Source of the DNA: Rubripirellula sp.
Lineage (GTDB): Bacteria; Planctomycetota; Planctomycetia; Pirellulales; Pirellulaceae
Length of the DNA stretch: 64,000 nucleotides
NCBI GenBank assembly: GCA_965216875.1
Contig: OZ244207.1
Location: 1,056,001-1,120,000 of the forward strand
Reading direction: 5' to 3'
Position numbers and translations under genes: made by a program. This document shows positions 37,608 through 47,279 of this stretch, one piece after another. A model generated the notes under the pieces. That model worked only from the letters and a program-made list of their open reading frames with translations, was not told where the DNA came from and did no database searches. The first letter of the stretch is position 1. Every line of letters starts with the position of its first letter.

Positions 37608-38855
37608 ATGCAGCGTGAACTTCTTGTCGTTTCTGGTCCAGAAAAAGGTCGCCGCTTCCCGCTTGAAGATGGGCAGACATTGACGATTGGACGTGGGCAG
37701 GCGAGCGGTACCCAACTCAACGATCCGCGAATGTCTCGCGTGCATTGTCGAGTGATCGTCGATGGTGCATCAACATTGCTCGTCGATGCGGAAAGCACGG
37801 GGGGAACGCATGTCGCGGGAAATCGAATCGATCAACACGCGTTGCAACCAGGTGAGGTTTTCAAGGTCGGTGACTCCGAGATTCGCTACACGCTCGATGG
37901 AGCCGGTGAACAGGTCACACTCGGCGCAACTTCACAAGCATCGCCGACGCCATCGAAGCCCAAGCCGGCGATGCGGCAGCTACAGGATTTGGTCGGTGAG
38001 ATGTTCACGGACTTTCGCGCCGACTCGATCATCACCATGGGGACCTCCGGCATGGTGTTCAAAGGGACAGACACCGAACGCAACCGCCCTGTCGCAATCA
38101 AAGTGTTATCGCCCGATTTCACCAACAGCGAAGAGCAGAAAGAGCGGTTTGTCCGCGCTATGAAAACGATGATGCCGATCAAGCATCCCAACATCGTGCA
38201 GCTCTATCGGGCCGGAAAGAAAGGGCCGTTTTGTTGGGCTGCGATGGAGTACATCGAGGGTGAAAGCATCACGCAAGTGATCGACCGAATCGGAATCGAG
38301 GGAATGCTCGATTGGCGCGCCGTTTGGCGCGTCGGCGTTCATATTGGTCGAGCGCTCGACGCAGCTCATCGAAACCAAATCATCCACCGGAACGTGACGC
38401 CCAACAACTTGTTGCAGCGCAAATCGGACAAGGTTTGTTTGCTCGGCGATCTGGCGCTTGCCAAGGCGCTCGAAGGCACCTTGGCCAAGCAGGTCACACA
38501 ACCAGGCCAATTGATCGGCGACGTTCCTTACATGTCACCGGAACGCACTCGCGATAGCGCCGGCGCCGATCATCGTAGCGACTTGTACGGGCTCGGAGCC
38601 ACGTTGTACGCGTTGCTGACAGGACGCCCGCCATTTGAAAGCGATTCATTGCCAGAACTTGTCAAGCAAGTCCGCGATGCAGAACCGAAGCGGCCTCGTG
38701 AATACCAACTGGCCATCAACGAGTTGTTCCAAGACGTGGTCATCCAATTGTTGGCCAAGGAACCGGATGATCGCTACGCGACTCCGCGAGATCTACTGAA
38801 CGACTTGGAGCGAATCGGCAAGTTCAACAATCTCAACGCCGACGAAAACTCCTGA
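37608..38855 (+). CDS. FHA domain + degenerate Ser/Thr kinase domain (probable pseudokinase)
   Basis: FHA motifs IGR and SRVH; kinase VAIK, HPNIV, YMSPE and DLYGLG retained, but HRN and DLA replace HRD and DFG. Confidence 0.88.
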   Translation: MQRELLVVSGPEKGRRFPLEDGQTLTIGRGQASGTQLNDPRMSRVHCRVIVDGASTLLVDAESTGGTHVAGNRIDQHALQPGEVFKVGDSEIRYTLDGAGEQVTLGATSQASPTPSKPKPAMRQLQDLVGEMFTDFRADSIITMGTSGMVFKGTDTERNRPVAIKVLSPDFTNSEEQKERFVRAMKTMMPIKHPNIVQLYRAGKKGPFCWAAMEYIEGESITQVIDRIGIEGMLDWRAVWRVGVHIGRALDAAHRNQIIHRNVTPNNLLQRKSDKVCLLGDLALAKALEGTLAKQVTQPGQLIGDVPYMSPERTRDSAGADHRSDLYGLGATLYALLTGRPPFESDSLPELVKQVRDAEPKRPREYQLAINELFQDVVIQLLAKEPDDRYATPRDLLNDLERIGKFNNLNADENS

Positions 38856-38887
38856 TCGGTAAGCCCGCATTCCCCATGAGCCGAACG

Positions 38888-39056
38888 CGCTGGATAGGGC
38901 CTTGCTGGATAGGGCCTTGCTGGTTTGGGATTGTTCGAAAAAGACATTCCCTCCCCGGACTTTGCGTCCGACCCTCCCGCAGGCGGGAGGGTGTTTGTAC
39001 TACCGAGCTTTAGCCGGAATCTTCTCACCTTCCGACTAGCGGCCGGACTACAAACA
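38888..39056. repeat. Short direct repeat and REP-like palindromes between convergent genes
   Basis: GCTGGATAGGGCCTT x2; ACCCTCCCGC-A-GGCGGGAGGGT; GTACTACCGAGCTTTAGCCGGAATC...GGACTACAAAC, related to the units at 3500 and 8880. Confidence 0.75.
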
Positions 39057-39092
39057 ATGCGTCTTGCGGGCGTTTGCAAACCGACAAGAGAA

Positions 39093-39851
39093 CTACGATC
39101 GAAATCGCTTGCGGTACTTTAGCGGGGTCAAACCAGTCGACGACTTAAAGTGTCGATTGAAATGACTCTGATCGTAGAAGCCACAATCGGTGGCGATCTG
39201 CGAGATGCCGTTGTCACTACTTTCAAGCAAGTGCCGCGCAACGCCGATTCGAACTTCGCGCAAGTATCGGATGGGTGTGATTCCAAAGTAGGCAGAAAAC
39301 TCTCGTTGCAACTGACTGATCGAAAGGTGCACATGCTCGGCCATGTCGGTCACTTCGATCGGGGCACTGTAGTTCTCGGTCACAAATGCAACCACACTCA
39401 TTAGCCTGCTGTGGCCGGATGATCCATCGTCGGATAATTCATAGGGCCGCTTGATGCCTGCGATCCCGGCAATCTTGCCATCGGACCCTTCGAGCGGAAT
39501 CTTGCTGCACAGGCAAACACGCGGCACACCGTTTTGTCCGGGGACGAGCCAGACTTGATTGGAAAGCGGTTGCCCGGTTGCGATCACACGCTGGTCTTCG
39601 GCAACGTATTGAGCCGCGATCGCTGGTGGAAAGAAGTCAAAGTCCGTTTTGCCGATCAGCGCATCGGGATCGGTTTCCCCGACAACCTCGCAAACGACGC
39701 GATTGGCACGTACAAAACGACTCTGGTCGTCTTTGATGTACATGTAGACGCCAGGGATGAAATCGAACAGATCGAGCAGGTTCCTGGGGCGGGCTAGCCG
39801 CCGAAAAAAGTCATCCTGCCACTGCTGCGGCGAGCTTTGCGATTCGGGCAT
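39093..39851 (-). CDS. AraC family transcriptional regulator with PAS domain
   Basis: YIKD..SRFV.AN...IGKTDFDFFP PAS segment; IA.DCGFYDQSHF.R.FK...G.TP..YRK AraC HTH. Start uncertain. Confidence 0.92.
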   Translation of the reverse strand: MPESQSSPQQWQDDFFRRLARPRNLLDLFDFIPGVYMYIKDDQSRFVRANRVVCEVVGETDPDALIGKTDFDFFPPAIAAQYVAEDQRVIATGQPLSNQVWLVPGQNGVPRVCLCSKIPLEGSDGKIAGIAGIKRPYELSDDGSSGHSRLMSVVAFVTENYSAPIEVTDMAEHVHLSISQLQREFSAYFGITPIRYLREVRIGVARHLLESSDNGISQIATDCGFYDQSHFNRHFKSSTGLTPLKYRKRFRS

Positions 39852-40097
39852 GCGGCAAACGTACAATTTTTCGCGTCGATCTTGCAATCCCCCGGCAGCG
39901 TTTTTGACGATAATTTCATCCATCAAGCTTGAGGCTCGGAAGCGGTTCCCACCTACATACCGCGGAAAACCCGAGTCGACATCGCCGAACGATTGGCGGT
40001 CCATCCTTTCTGTGTCAGCTCGCCAGCGAGTTCGAACAGTCACCCAATTGATACCCGAAAGAAGAGAACCATCACGGAATCCCGTGAAACCACTGAG

Positions 40098-40520
40098 ATG
40101 AAAATCGACCTCACTTCGGACGCTGCGGAACGAATTGTCGCAGCCGCCATTGCGAAATCGGACGAGCTGGGCGTGAAAATGAACGTCGCCGTCGTCGACG
40201 CAGGAGCGAACCTGAAAGCCTTTCGACGTATGGATGGTGCTTGGCTAGGCAGCATCGATATCGCTTGCAAGAAAGCCAAAACCGCCCGGTATTTTGACAT
40301 GCCGACCGGACAAATCGGGGAGATCTCGCAACCAGGATCTTCGTTGTTCAACATCGAGCACTCGAACGACGGTTTGATCACCTTTCCAGGTGGATTGCCT
40401 GTCACCAACGATGATGGCATGGTCATCGGCGCTGTTGGTGTTTCAGGCTCGACCGTCGAAAACGATCACCTTGTCGCTCAAGCGGGCGTCGATGCGATCA
40501 CCGCAAGTGTGGGCGCCTAG
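40098..40520 (+). CDS. GlcG/HbpS (DUF336) heme-binding protein
   Basis: NVAVVD.G, RMDGA.L.S.DIA.KKA.TA, GG.P and GAVGVSG...D. Confidence 0.92.
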   Translation: MKIDLTSDAAERIVAAAIAKSDELGVKMNVAVVDAGANLKAFRRMDGAWLGSIDIACKKAKTARYFDMPTGQIGEISQPGSSLFNIEHSNDGLITFPGGLPVTNDDGMVIGAVGVSGSTVENDHLVAQAGVDAITASVGA

Positions 40521-40704
40521 CGTCTGTCACAGATCGTCGCAGCGACTGACTTTCTTTTGGTCCGAAGCGACAGGAAAATAGGATGTCTGTGTCGTCAACC
40601 GACGACACGCATCGCACTTGAATGTTGCTGTTGGTTTCGCGTTGCCTGTGCGACGCGGCCGGCGGCTTCCAACCCGCCCCCTCTCTATTTGCAAAGCACA
40701 TACG

Positions 40705-43700
40705 ATGCGACATGCCGTCCTTGGTTGCCTCGTTAGTTTCTCGCTGATCTCTCCTTTGATCGCCGAAGAGCCCGACTCGGTCGACTTCACCCGCGATGTT
40801 CTGCCGATCCTCGCGGATCGCTGCTATGCGTGCCACGGTGTGGATGCCGAGGCCCGCGAAGCTGACCTGCGGCTCGATGTCCGCGAGGACGCAATCGACT
40901 TTGGAGCGATCGTTGCCGGTGAACCCGACGACAGTGAACTGATCGCTCGCGTCTTCACCGATGACGAAGACCTCATCATGCCTCCCAAAGAGCTCAAGAA
41001 GCCATTGAGCGAGGAGGAGAAAGAGACGCTACGCCGATGGGTTGCCGAAGGTGCAACCTACAAGTCGCATTGGGCGTTTGATGCACCGACCAAGCCCGAA
41101 CTGCCGGAGGTGAGCGATGCCTCTTGGGCAAAGAACGAAATCGATCACTTCGTTTTGAAACAGCTCGATGACGAAGGGCTCGTGCCAGCCCCGCCAGCCG
41201 ATGCCGCGTCACTGTTTCGTCGCATTCATCTCGACATCACAGGTTTGCCGCCGGCACCCAAGGATGTCCAACAATTCATCGCCGACTTCGACCACGATCC
41301 GGATCAGGCGGTTTCGCAGTGGATTGATCGCTTGATGGAGCTTCCGGCATGGGGCGAACACCGTGCACGCTATTGGCTTGACGCGGCTCGTTACGGCGAC
41401 ACTCACGGTTTGCATTTTGATAACTACCGCGAAATGTGGCTCTACCGCGACTGGGTCATTCGGTCGTTTAATAACAACCAGACCTTTGACCAGTTCACGA
41501 TTGAGCAGCTTGCTGGTGATTTGCTCGAGAATCCGACGACTGACCAATTGGTTGCGACCGGTTTTCAGCGTTGCAACATCACCACCAACGAAGGCGGCAC
41601 GATCGCCGAAGAGAACCTTGCCAACTACGCGTCGGACCGCGTGCAAACCTTTGGCTGGGTCTACCTTGGGCTGACAACCAATTGTTGTCAGTGCCACGAT
41701 CACAAGTTTGACCCGTTGACCATGCGAGACTATTACTCGCTGGCAGCCTACTTCCGAAACACGACGCAAGGAAGCCACGACGGTAACTCAAAGGATGGGC
41801 GTGGTCCTGTCATTCGTGTTCCGACACCTGAAGACAAGGCGATCCTTGACAAGTTGCCTGGTCAAATCGATGCAGCAAAAGGACTGGTCGCAAAGCTACG
41901 CAAAGAGGCCGAGCCGGAATTCAAAGCATGGCTAAGCAACGCGAGCGTCGAAAGCTTGCAGATTCCTGTCGACGATCTCGCTTTTCATTTGCCGCTTGCT
42001 GAAGGTCAAGGCAAGACGCTCGTTGCAGAGGTTGGCGCCGATGCCGCAATCGAACTGAAAAACGAAGTCAAGTGGAGCGACGACGGGCTGATCGGTCCCA
42101 GCGTGAAGATTCACTCCGGCGGTATCCTCACGCTTGGCGATTACCTGAACGTGGACCGCGGTGACTCGTTCAGCGTCGGTGCCTGGATTCGCGCCGACAA
42201 TCAACGTTCCACTGGCGTCATCGCCCGAATGGATGTCGAAAACAACTTTCGAGGTTGGGACATTTTTCAACAGGGTAACGAGATCGCCTGTCACTTGATT
42301 GACAGTTGGCCCGACAACGCACTGAAAGTGACCACCACCGGAAAAGCGTTGAAGGTCAAGAAATGGCAACACGTCTTGGTGACCTACAACGGCTCGGGAA
42401 AAGCCGACGGCATCAAGATCTATGTTGACGGCAAGCCTCAGAAAACGCGTGTCGAGAACAAAACACTCAAACCAGACGCGACCTTCAAGAGCGATGTGCC
42501 TTTGAAGTTGGGACAACGCAGTAGTGGTCCAATCTTTGACGGCGGATCCATCCAGGACTTGAGGTTCTATTCGGCCGTCCTTTCCCAACAGAGCGTTGGG
42601 CAGTTGGCCGAAAACGGAAACCTCGTCAAGTTGCTTTCCAAACCGGCTGACAAACGCTCGGACAAAGATCGGGATGTGCTTAAAAACCACTACCTGACAA
42701 GCAATAGCGAAGCTTTTCGCACAGCCACAGCGAAGCTTGATGCGTTGAACGGACGGCGCGACGAGATCAATAAACGCAGTCCCGTCACTCATGTGCAAAA
42801 AGAGAAGATGGATTCGTCCGCGATGGCGAACATTCTGATGCGTGGCCAGTACGACAAGGTTGGCGACGAAGTCAGCGCGGGGACACCGGAAATGTTGCAC
42901 CCGATCGCCGAGAACGCTCCCAAGAATCGACTTGGACTCGCAAGGTGGGTCGTCGATCCAGCCAACCCGCTGACAACCCGTGTGACGGTCAACCGATTTT
43001 GGCAAGAAGTCTTTGGCAAAGGCATCGTCACCACCCCAGAAGATTTTGGTGTGATGGGCGCATCCCCGTCGCATCCCGAGTTGCTTGATTGGCTCGCGGT
43101 CGACTTTCGTGAAAATGGTTGGGATGTCAAACGTCTGTTCAAGCAAATGATGACCAGTGCGACTTACCGCCAAGCCGCCATCAACACGGACGCAAAGGAC
43201 GCGGCCGATCGCGACAATGCGTTGCTGTCCCGCGGTCCTCGCTTCCGCATGGATGGCGAAATGATTCGTGATTCGGCGCTCTCTGCGAGTGGGCTCCTTT
43301 CGGAAAAGATGTATGGTCCGGGTGTGCGTCCCTACCAACCCGACAACATTTGGAACATCGTAGGCTTGCCCGGTGGCGACACCCGCAACTACAAGCAAGA
43401 CACCGGTGAAAACCTGTACCGACGAACCATTTATTCGTTCTGGAAACGAATGGCTCCGCCACCCAACATGGAAACCTTTAACGCTCCTAGTCGTGAGGTG
43501 TGTGCGGTCAGTCGAGAGCGAACCAACACGCCTCTACAGGCGCTGGTGACACTCAATGACCCGCAGTTCGTCGAGGCAGCTCGCGTCTTGGCGGAAAAGG
43601 CGATTGCTTCGGACGACACCTTTGAAGCACGCGTCGACTTCGCCGCTCAACGGTTAATCGGTCGGTCGTTCAAACCGATTGAAATGGCGATCTTGCGAGC

Positions 43701-43869
43701 GTCGTTTGATGAGTTGTCGAGCGTTTACGATGAGGACGCCGAAGCAGCTCAGAAACTGATCGCCGTCGGCGCAACCGAAGCCAGCAAAGACGTTGCGCCA
43801 GCGGAACTCGCAGCGTGGACGATGCTGGTCAACCAATTGATGAACCTTGACGAAAACCTTAACAAATAG
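40705..43869 (+). CDS. Planctomycete cytochrome c + DUF1549 + LamG-like + DUF1553 protein
   Basis: CYACHG, HWAF, WLDAARYGDT, CCQCHDHKFDP, LamG-like WQHVLVTY insert, RVTVNRFWQ and TNTPLQAL. Confidence 0.93.
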   Translation: MRHAVLGCLVSFSLISPLIAEEPDSVDFTRDVLPILADRCYACHGVDAEAREADLRLDVREDAIDFGAIVAGEPDDSELIARVFTDDEDLIMPPKELKKPLSEEEKETLRRWVAEGATYKSHWAFDAPTKPELPEVSDASWAKNEIDHFVLKQLDDEGLVPAPPADAASLFRRIHLDITGLPPAPKDVQQFIADFDHDPDQAVSQWIDRLMELPAWGEHRARYWLDAARYGDTHGLHFDNYREMWLYRDWVIRSFNNNQTFDQFTIEQLAGDLLENPTTDQLVATGFQRCNITTNEGGTIAEENLANYASDRVQTFGWVYLGLTTNCCQCHDHKFDPLTMRDYYSLAAYFRNTTQGSHDGNSKDGRGPVIRVPTPEDKAILDKLPGQIDAAKGLVAKLRKEAEPEFKAWLSNASVESLQIPVDDLAFHLPLAEGQGKTLVAEVGADAAIELKNEVKWSDDGLIGPSVKIHSGGILTLGDYLNVDRGDSFSVGAWIRADNQRSTGVIARMDVENNFRGWDIFQQGNEIACHLIDSWPDNALKVTTTGKALKVKKWQHVLVTYNGSGKADGIKIYVDGKPQKTRVENKTLKPDATFKSDVPLKLGQRSSGPIFDGGSIQDLRFYSAVLSQQSVGQLAENGNLVKLLSKPADKRSDKDRDVLKNHYLTSNSEAFRTATAKLDALNGRRDEINKRSPVTHVQKEKMDSSAMANILMRGQYDKVGDEVSAGTPEMLHPIAENAPKNRLGLARWVVDPANPLTTRVTVNRFWQEVFGKGIVTTPEDFGVMGASPSHPELLDWLAVDFRENGWDVKRLFKQMMTSATYRQAAINTDAKDAADRDNALLSRGPRFRMDGEMIRDSALSASGLLSEKMYGPGVRPYQPDNIWNIVGLPGGDTRNYKQDTGENLYRRTIYSFWKRMAPPPNMETFNAPSREVCAVSRERTNTPLQALVTLNDPQFVEAARVLAEKAIASDDTFEARVDFAAQRLIGRSFKPIEMAILRASFDELSSVYDEDAEAAQKLIAVGATEASKDVAPAELAAWTMLVNQLMNLDENLNK

Positions 43870-43885
43870 CCACCGGATAAGTTCG

Positions 43886-45319
43886 ATGAATGATCTTGCA
43901 CAACAGTCGCGACGCGCATTCTTTGCACGCGGTGGAAGCCTGGTTGGCAGCGCCGCAATCTCCTCGCTGATGGCACAAAACGCTGTCGGACGCGAAGGGC
44001 TCGATTCCCTGCCTCACTTTGCGCCCAAGGCAAAGCGAGTGATCTATTTGCACATGGTCGGCGGCCCATCGCAGATGGACCTGTTCGACTACAAGCCAAA
44101 GATGCAGGAGTGGTACGACAAGGACCTGCCCGAGTCGATTCGCAATGGTCAACGTTTGACGACGATGACCAGCAAGCAGGCCCGTTTTCCCATCGCGCCG
44201 TCGAAATACAAATTCGGCGCAGCGGGCGAGTGTGGCATGATGATGAACACCGAGTTGCTTCCTAACTTGGCCAAGAAAGCCGACGAAATCTGTTGGATGC
44301 GATCGCTTCACACCGAAGCGATCAATCACGAGCCCGCCATCACTGCGATGCAAACAGGCAACCAAGTGACGGGACGACCATGTCTCGGATCATGGGCCTC
44401 TTATGGGCTCGGTTCAGAAAATGACAACCTGCCCGCGTTTGTGGTCCTTGTCGCAAAGCCGACGAACCAAGAGCAGGAGCAAGCAATCTCGGCGCGGCTT
44501 TGGAGCGCCGGTTACCTTTCCGGCGAACACGCGGGCGTTTCGTTCCGAAGTCAGGGCGATCCGATCCTCTACATCAACAATCCGCCAGGCGTTTCGGACC
44601 AAGTTCGACGCAAAACGATCGATAGCCTGAACAAGCTCAACGAGTTGAACTATCAATCGCTACGCGACCGCGAAACACTGACGCGAATGCAGCAATACGA
44701 GATGGCATTTCGTATGCAATCGAGTGTCCCGGAACTCACCGATTTTGCGTCCGAGTCCGAGTCGACCTTCGAGCTTTATGGCGAAGAGGCTCGCAAGCCA
44801 GGGACGTTTGCCAATTCGGCACTCATGGCTCGGCGGCTCGCGGAACGCGGTGTCCGCTTTATCCAGGTCTATCACAACAACTGGGACCATCACGCCAACG
44901 TCAACGCTCGGATGCCTTCACAATGCAAGGACGTCGATCGAGCCTGCTACGGGCTGCTCGAGGACTTGAAGCAACGCGGCATGTTGGACGAAACGCTGGT
45001 CATCTGGGGCGGCGAATTTGGGCGAACCATCTATTCGCAGGGTAATCTCAGCAAGACCAACTACGGTCGCGACCATCATCCACGTTGTTTCAGTATGTGG
45101 ATGGCTGGCGGCGGTGCACGTGGTGGAACGATCTACGGCGAGACGGATGACTTCAGTTACAACATCGTCGACAAACCGCTGCACATTCGCGACTTCCATG
45201 CCACGGTGCTCCACTTGCTCGGCATCGACCACGAGCGGTTCACGTTCAAGTTCCAAGGCCTCGACCAACGATTAACCGGCGTCGAAAAGGCACACGTGAT
45301 CCCCGAGTTGATCGTCTAA
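43886..45319 (+). CDS. DUF1501 domain protein
   Basis: SRRAFF Tat-like motif, AKRVIYL.M.GGPSQMDLFDYKP, WDHH, GEFGRT and GRDHHP. Confidence 0.93.
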   Translation: MNDLAQQSRRAFFARGGSLVGSAAISSLMAQNAVGREGLDSLPHFAPKAKRVIYLHMVGGPSQMDLFDYKPKMQEWYDKDLPESIRNGQRLTTMTSKQARFPIAPSKYKFGAAGECGMMMNTELLPNLAKKADEICWMRSLHTEAINHEPAITAMQTGNQVTGRPCLGSWASYGLGSENDNLPAFVVLVAKPTNQEQEQAISARLWSAGYLSGEHAGVSFRSQGDPILYINNPPGVSDQVRRKTIDSLNKLNELNYQSLRDRETLTRMQQYEMAFRMQSSVPELTDFASESESTFELYGEEARKPGTFANSALMARRLAERGVRFIQVYHNNWDHHANVNARMPSQCKDVDRACYGLLEDLKQRGMLDETLVIWGGEFGRTIYSQGNLSKTNYGRDHHPRCFSMWMAGGGARGGTIYGETDDFSYNIVDKPLHIRDFHATVLHLLGIDHERFTFKFQGLDQRLTGVEKAHVIPELIV

Positions 45320-45345
45320 TTGAAGCCGGTCTTAACAAACGTCCT

Positions 45346-45583
45346 GAGCGGTGCTCGCGCAAGCGTCGGGCTTGGGAAGAGGCGAACCACGAATTGCACG
45401 GATCAAACGGATAAGAGATCCACAGTCCGTGAGCGGCAATGGCGCTAGCCGCCGGTCTTTCCAAACCACACGAGCCGTGCTCGCGCAAGCGGCCGGGCTT
45501 GGGAAGAGGCGAACCACGAATTGCACGGATCAAACGGATAAGAGATCCACATTCCGTGAGCGGCAATGGCGTTAGCCGCCGGT
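45346..45583. repeat. Tandem ~126-bp composite repeat (2 copies)
   Basis: Units start at 45346 and 45472; core GAACCACGAATTGCACGGATCAAACGGATAAGAGATCCAC plus GTGAGCGGCAATGGCG.TAGCCGCCGGT. Confidence 0.92.
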
Positions 45584-45599
45584 GTCAAACTTCACGCAT

Positions 45600-46451
45600 C
45601 TATTTCAGCTTGATTTGCCAGGTTGAGATTTCGGTATCGATTGCAGGTAGTTCGCGATCAGTGGACCAGCAGATCGCGTTGACCAACATGCGAGTGAAAT
45701 CGAGTTCCGCAAAATCGTCAACATGACCCAGTGTGGTTGAAAAGACTCTTGCATTGAATTCGTTCGTCCATGTCCAGGCGATCACGTCGGCTTCGGATTC
45801 GTTGATTTGCACGACACCAAATGGCCGTTCGATTAACCGGGGACGTCCAGTGCCCTTCCCGACGAGCAACGGCCGGCAACCTGGCGCGAGTCGGGTCAAA
45901 TAGAGCTTGGCCGATGATTTCCACGGCTCGCGCGACAGCCCTTTCAATATCGGATGCTCGTCGTACTTTCTGACAATGCCAACTTCGGTCTTGCTCGCTT
46001 GATGCGCGATGTAGGGTGTTCCCAACACTCGCTCGCCAAACCCGTCGTTCCATTCATGACGTGGATGGGTGTCTGGGTACAGGAACGAGTGATTGGCGGT
46101 CCGCAATCCGATGACAGGCTTGCCCGAGCGAAGGTAACTTTCGATGTGTTCCCATTCGGAATCTGGGAGCTGAAGGAAACGCATGAAAAAGAGGGTCACG
46201 TCCGCATCTGCAATCTGCTCGATGCCTGGCAGCACATCTTCCCTGCGTTTTTCGGGGTCGCTCTTGGGCATCACTAGCGTCGTCGGGAAGCCCAGCCGCC
46301 GCAGTTCTTCGGCGAACAGAGGCATCGACTTGTGCGGCGAATAATGGTGAGTTCCAACAACGATCGCCACATGTGGCTTGTCATTGTCCGCAACAACGGT
46401 GCAGCTCAGCGCGAGCAGCAAGAACGAGCAAAAGCCAAGGCGTCGAAGCAT
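45600..46451 (-). CDS. ThuA-like domain protein (class I glutamine amidotransferase-like fold)
   Basis: Signal peptide; GKPVIGLRTANH, HPILKG and RVFSTTLGH..DF......LVNA..W. Confidence 0.85.
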   Translation of the reverse strand: MLRRLGFCSFLLLALSCTVVADNDKPHVAIVVGTHHYSPHKSMPLFAEELRRLGFPTTLVMPKSDPEKRREDVLPGIEQIADADVTLFFMRFLQLPDSEWEHIESYLRSGKPVIGLRTANHSFLYPDTHPRHEWNDGFGERVLGTPYIAHQASKTEVGIVRKYDEHPILKGLSREPWKSSAKLYLTRLAPGCRPLLVGKGTGRPRLIERPFGVVQINESEADVIAWTWTNEFNARVFSTTLGHVDDFAELDFTRMLVNAICWSTDRELPAIDTEISTWQIKLK

Positions 46452-46542
46452 GAGAGACTCACTGTCAGCAGCATCAGGAGAGGACGCTGCTCATTGTACC
46501 CTGAAGCCTGAATACGCTCGGTTGGAAGCGATCGAAGGAGGA

Positions 46543-46771
46543 GCAAACCACGGATAACGCGGATCACACGGATAAGAGATCCACAGCCGGTGAGTGGCAA
46601 TAGTGCTAGCCGCCGGTCTTATAGGACCAAATGAGCCGTGATCGCGTAAGCGGCCGGGCCTGGGAGGAAGCGAACCACGAATTGCACGGATCAAACGAAT
46701 AAGAGATCCATAGCGGTGAGCGGCAATAATGATAGCCGCCGGTCTTACAGGATCACATGAGCGGCCGGGCC
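46543..46771. repeat. Two further diverged copies of the ~126-bp composite repeat
   Basis: Same cores and same orientation as 45346-45583. Confidence 0.88.
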
Positions 46772-46848
46772 TTGAATGCGACCACTTGCACGTGGGGCAA
46801 GGGCTCGAGACCTCACTGCCGGCGGCTCACGAGCCGCTAGCACATTCT

Positions 46849-47214
46849 CTATTCGGCTGGAGCCGTCTCGACCGGAACTGCGTCTTGAACAGGGATCAAA
46901 TCGGCTGTCGTCAGTTGCTTGTCGCCCACGGTGAAGATCACGAACAGAGCGACAAAGAAGAACGAGCCGAAGAAGATGAAGACGTTGAACGGTTTGTCGA
47001 ATGCAAGGTGCATGAAGAAGAACGCAACCAAGGCAGCCTTGAGCGTTGCGATCAACATCACGACAGCCACATCCCAGCTGCCCAGATCGAAGCTGGCTTG
47101 GCCAACCGTGATAAGGGTCAACACAACCAATGCGACAAACACGCCCAGCAGCATTGGGATTGGCATGGGGTGAGCGAAATCGTGACCGTCTTCGGAGTGA
47201 CCGTGATCAGACAT
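46849..47214 (-). CDS. ctaF: Cytochrome c oxidase subunit IV
   Basis: IA..KA.LV..FFMHL motif; three TM helices; last gene of the operon. Confidence 0.9.
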   Translation of the reverse strand: MSDHGHSEDGHDFAHPMPIPMLLGVFVALVVLTLITVGQASFDLGSWDVAVVMLIATLKAALVAFFFMHLAFDKPFNVFIFFGSFFFVALFVIFTVGDKQLTTADLIPVQDAVPVETAPAE

Positions 47215-47279
47215 AGGAAAAACCGATTACAAAATGTTCGTTAGTTCGAAAGGGTGACGCCTGCCGCTGATTCTGCGGG

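Noticed and set aside
37608..38855. Pseudogene or sequencing-error explanation for HRN
   Set aside because: The frame is intact and four separate catalytic motifs are altered while structural motifs are retained, so a single error cannot explain it.
41932..43398. 488-aa antisense ORF (likewise 48845-49957, 50754-51782, 25813-26778, 47589-48545, 113-1003)
   Set aside because: Each lies opposite a well-supported gene and has no motifs; such shadows are expected from high-GC codon bias.
45246..45575. Small ORFs with repeated peptides (also 46406-46694, 9042-9443)
   Set aside because: They are translations of the DNA repeats with no independent coding evidence.
45346..46771. IS, composite transposon or integron cassette
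   Set aside because: No transposase or integrase, repeats are direct rather than terminal inverted, and I could not recognise attC boxes.
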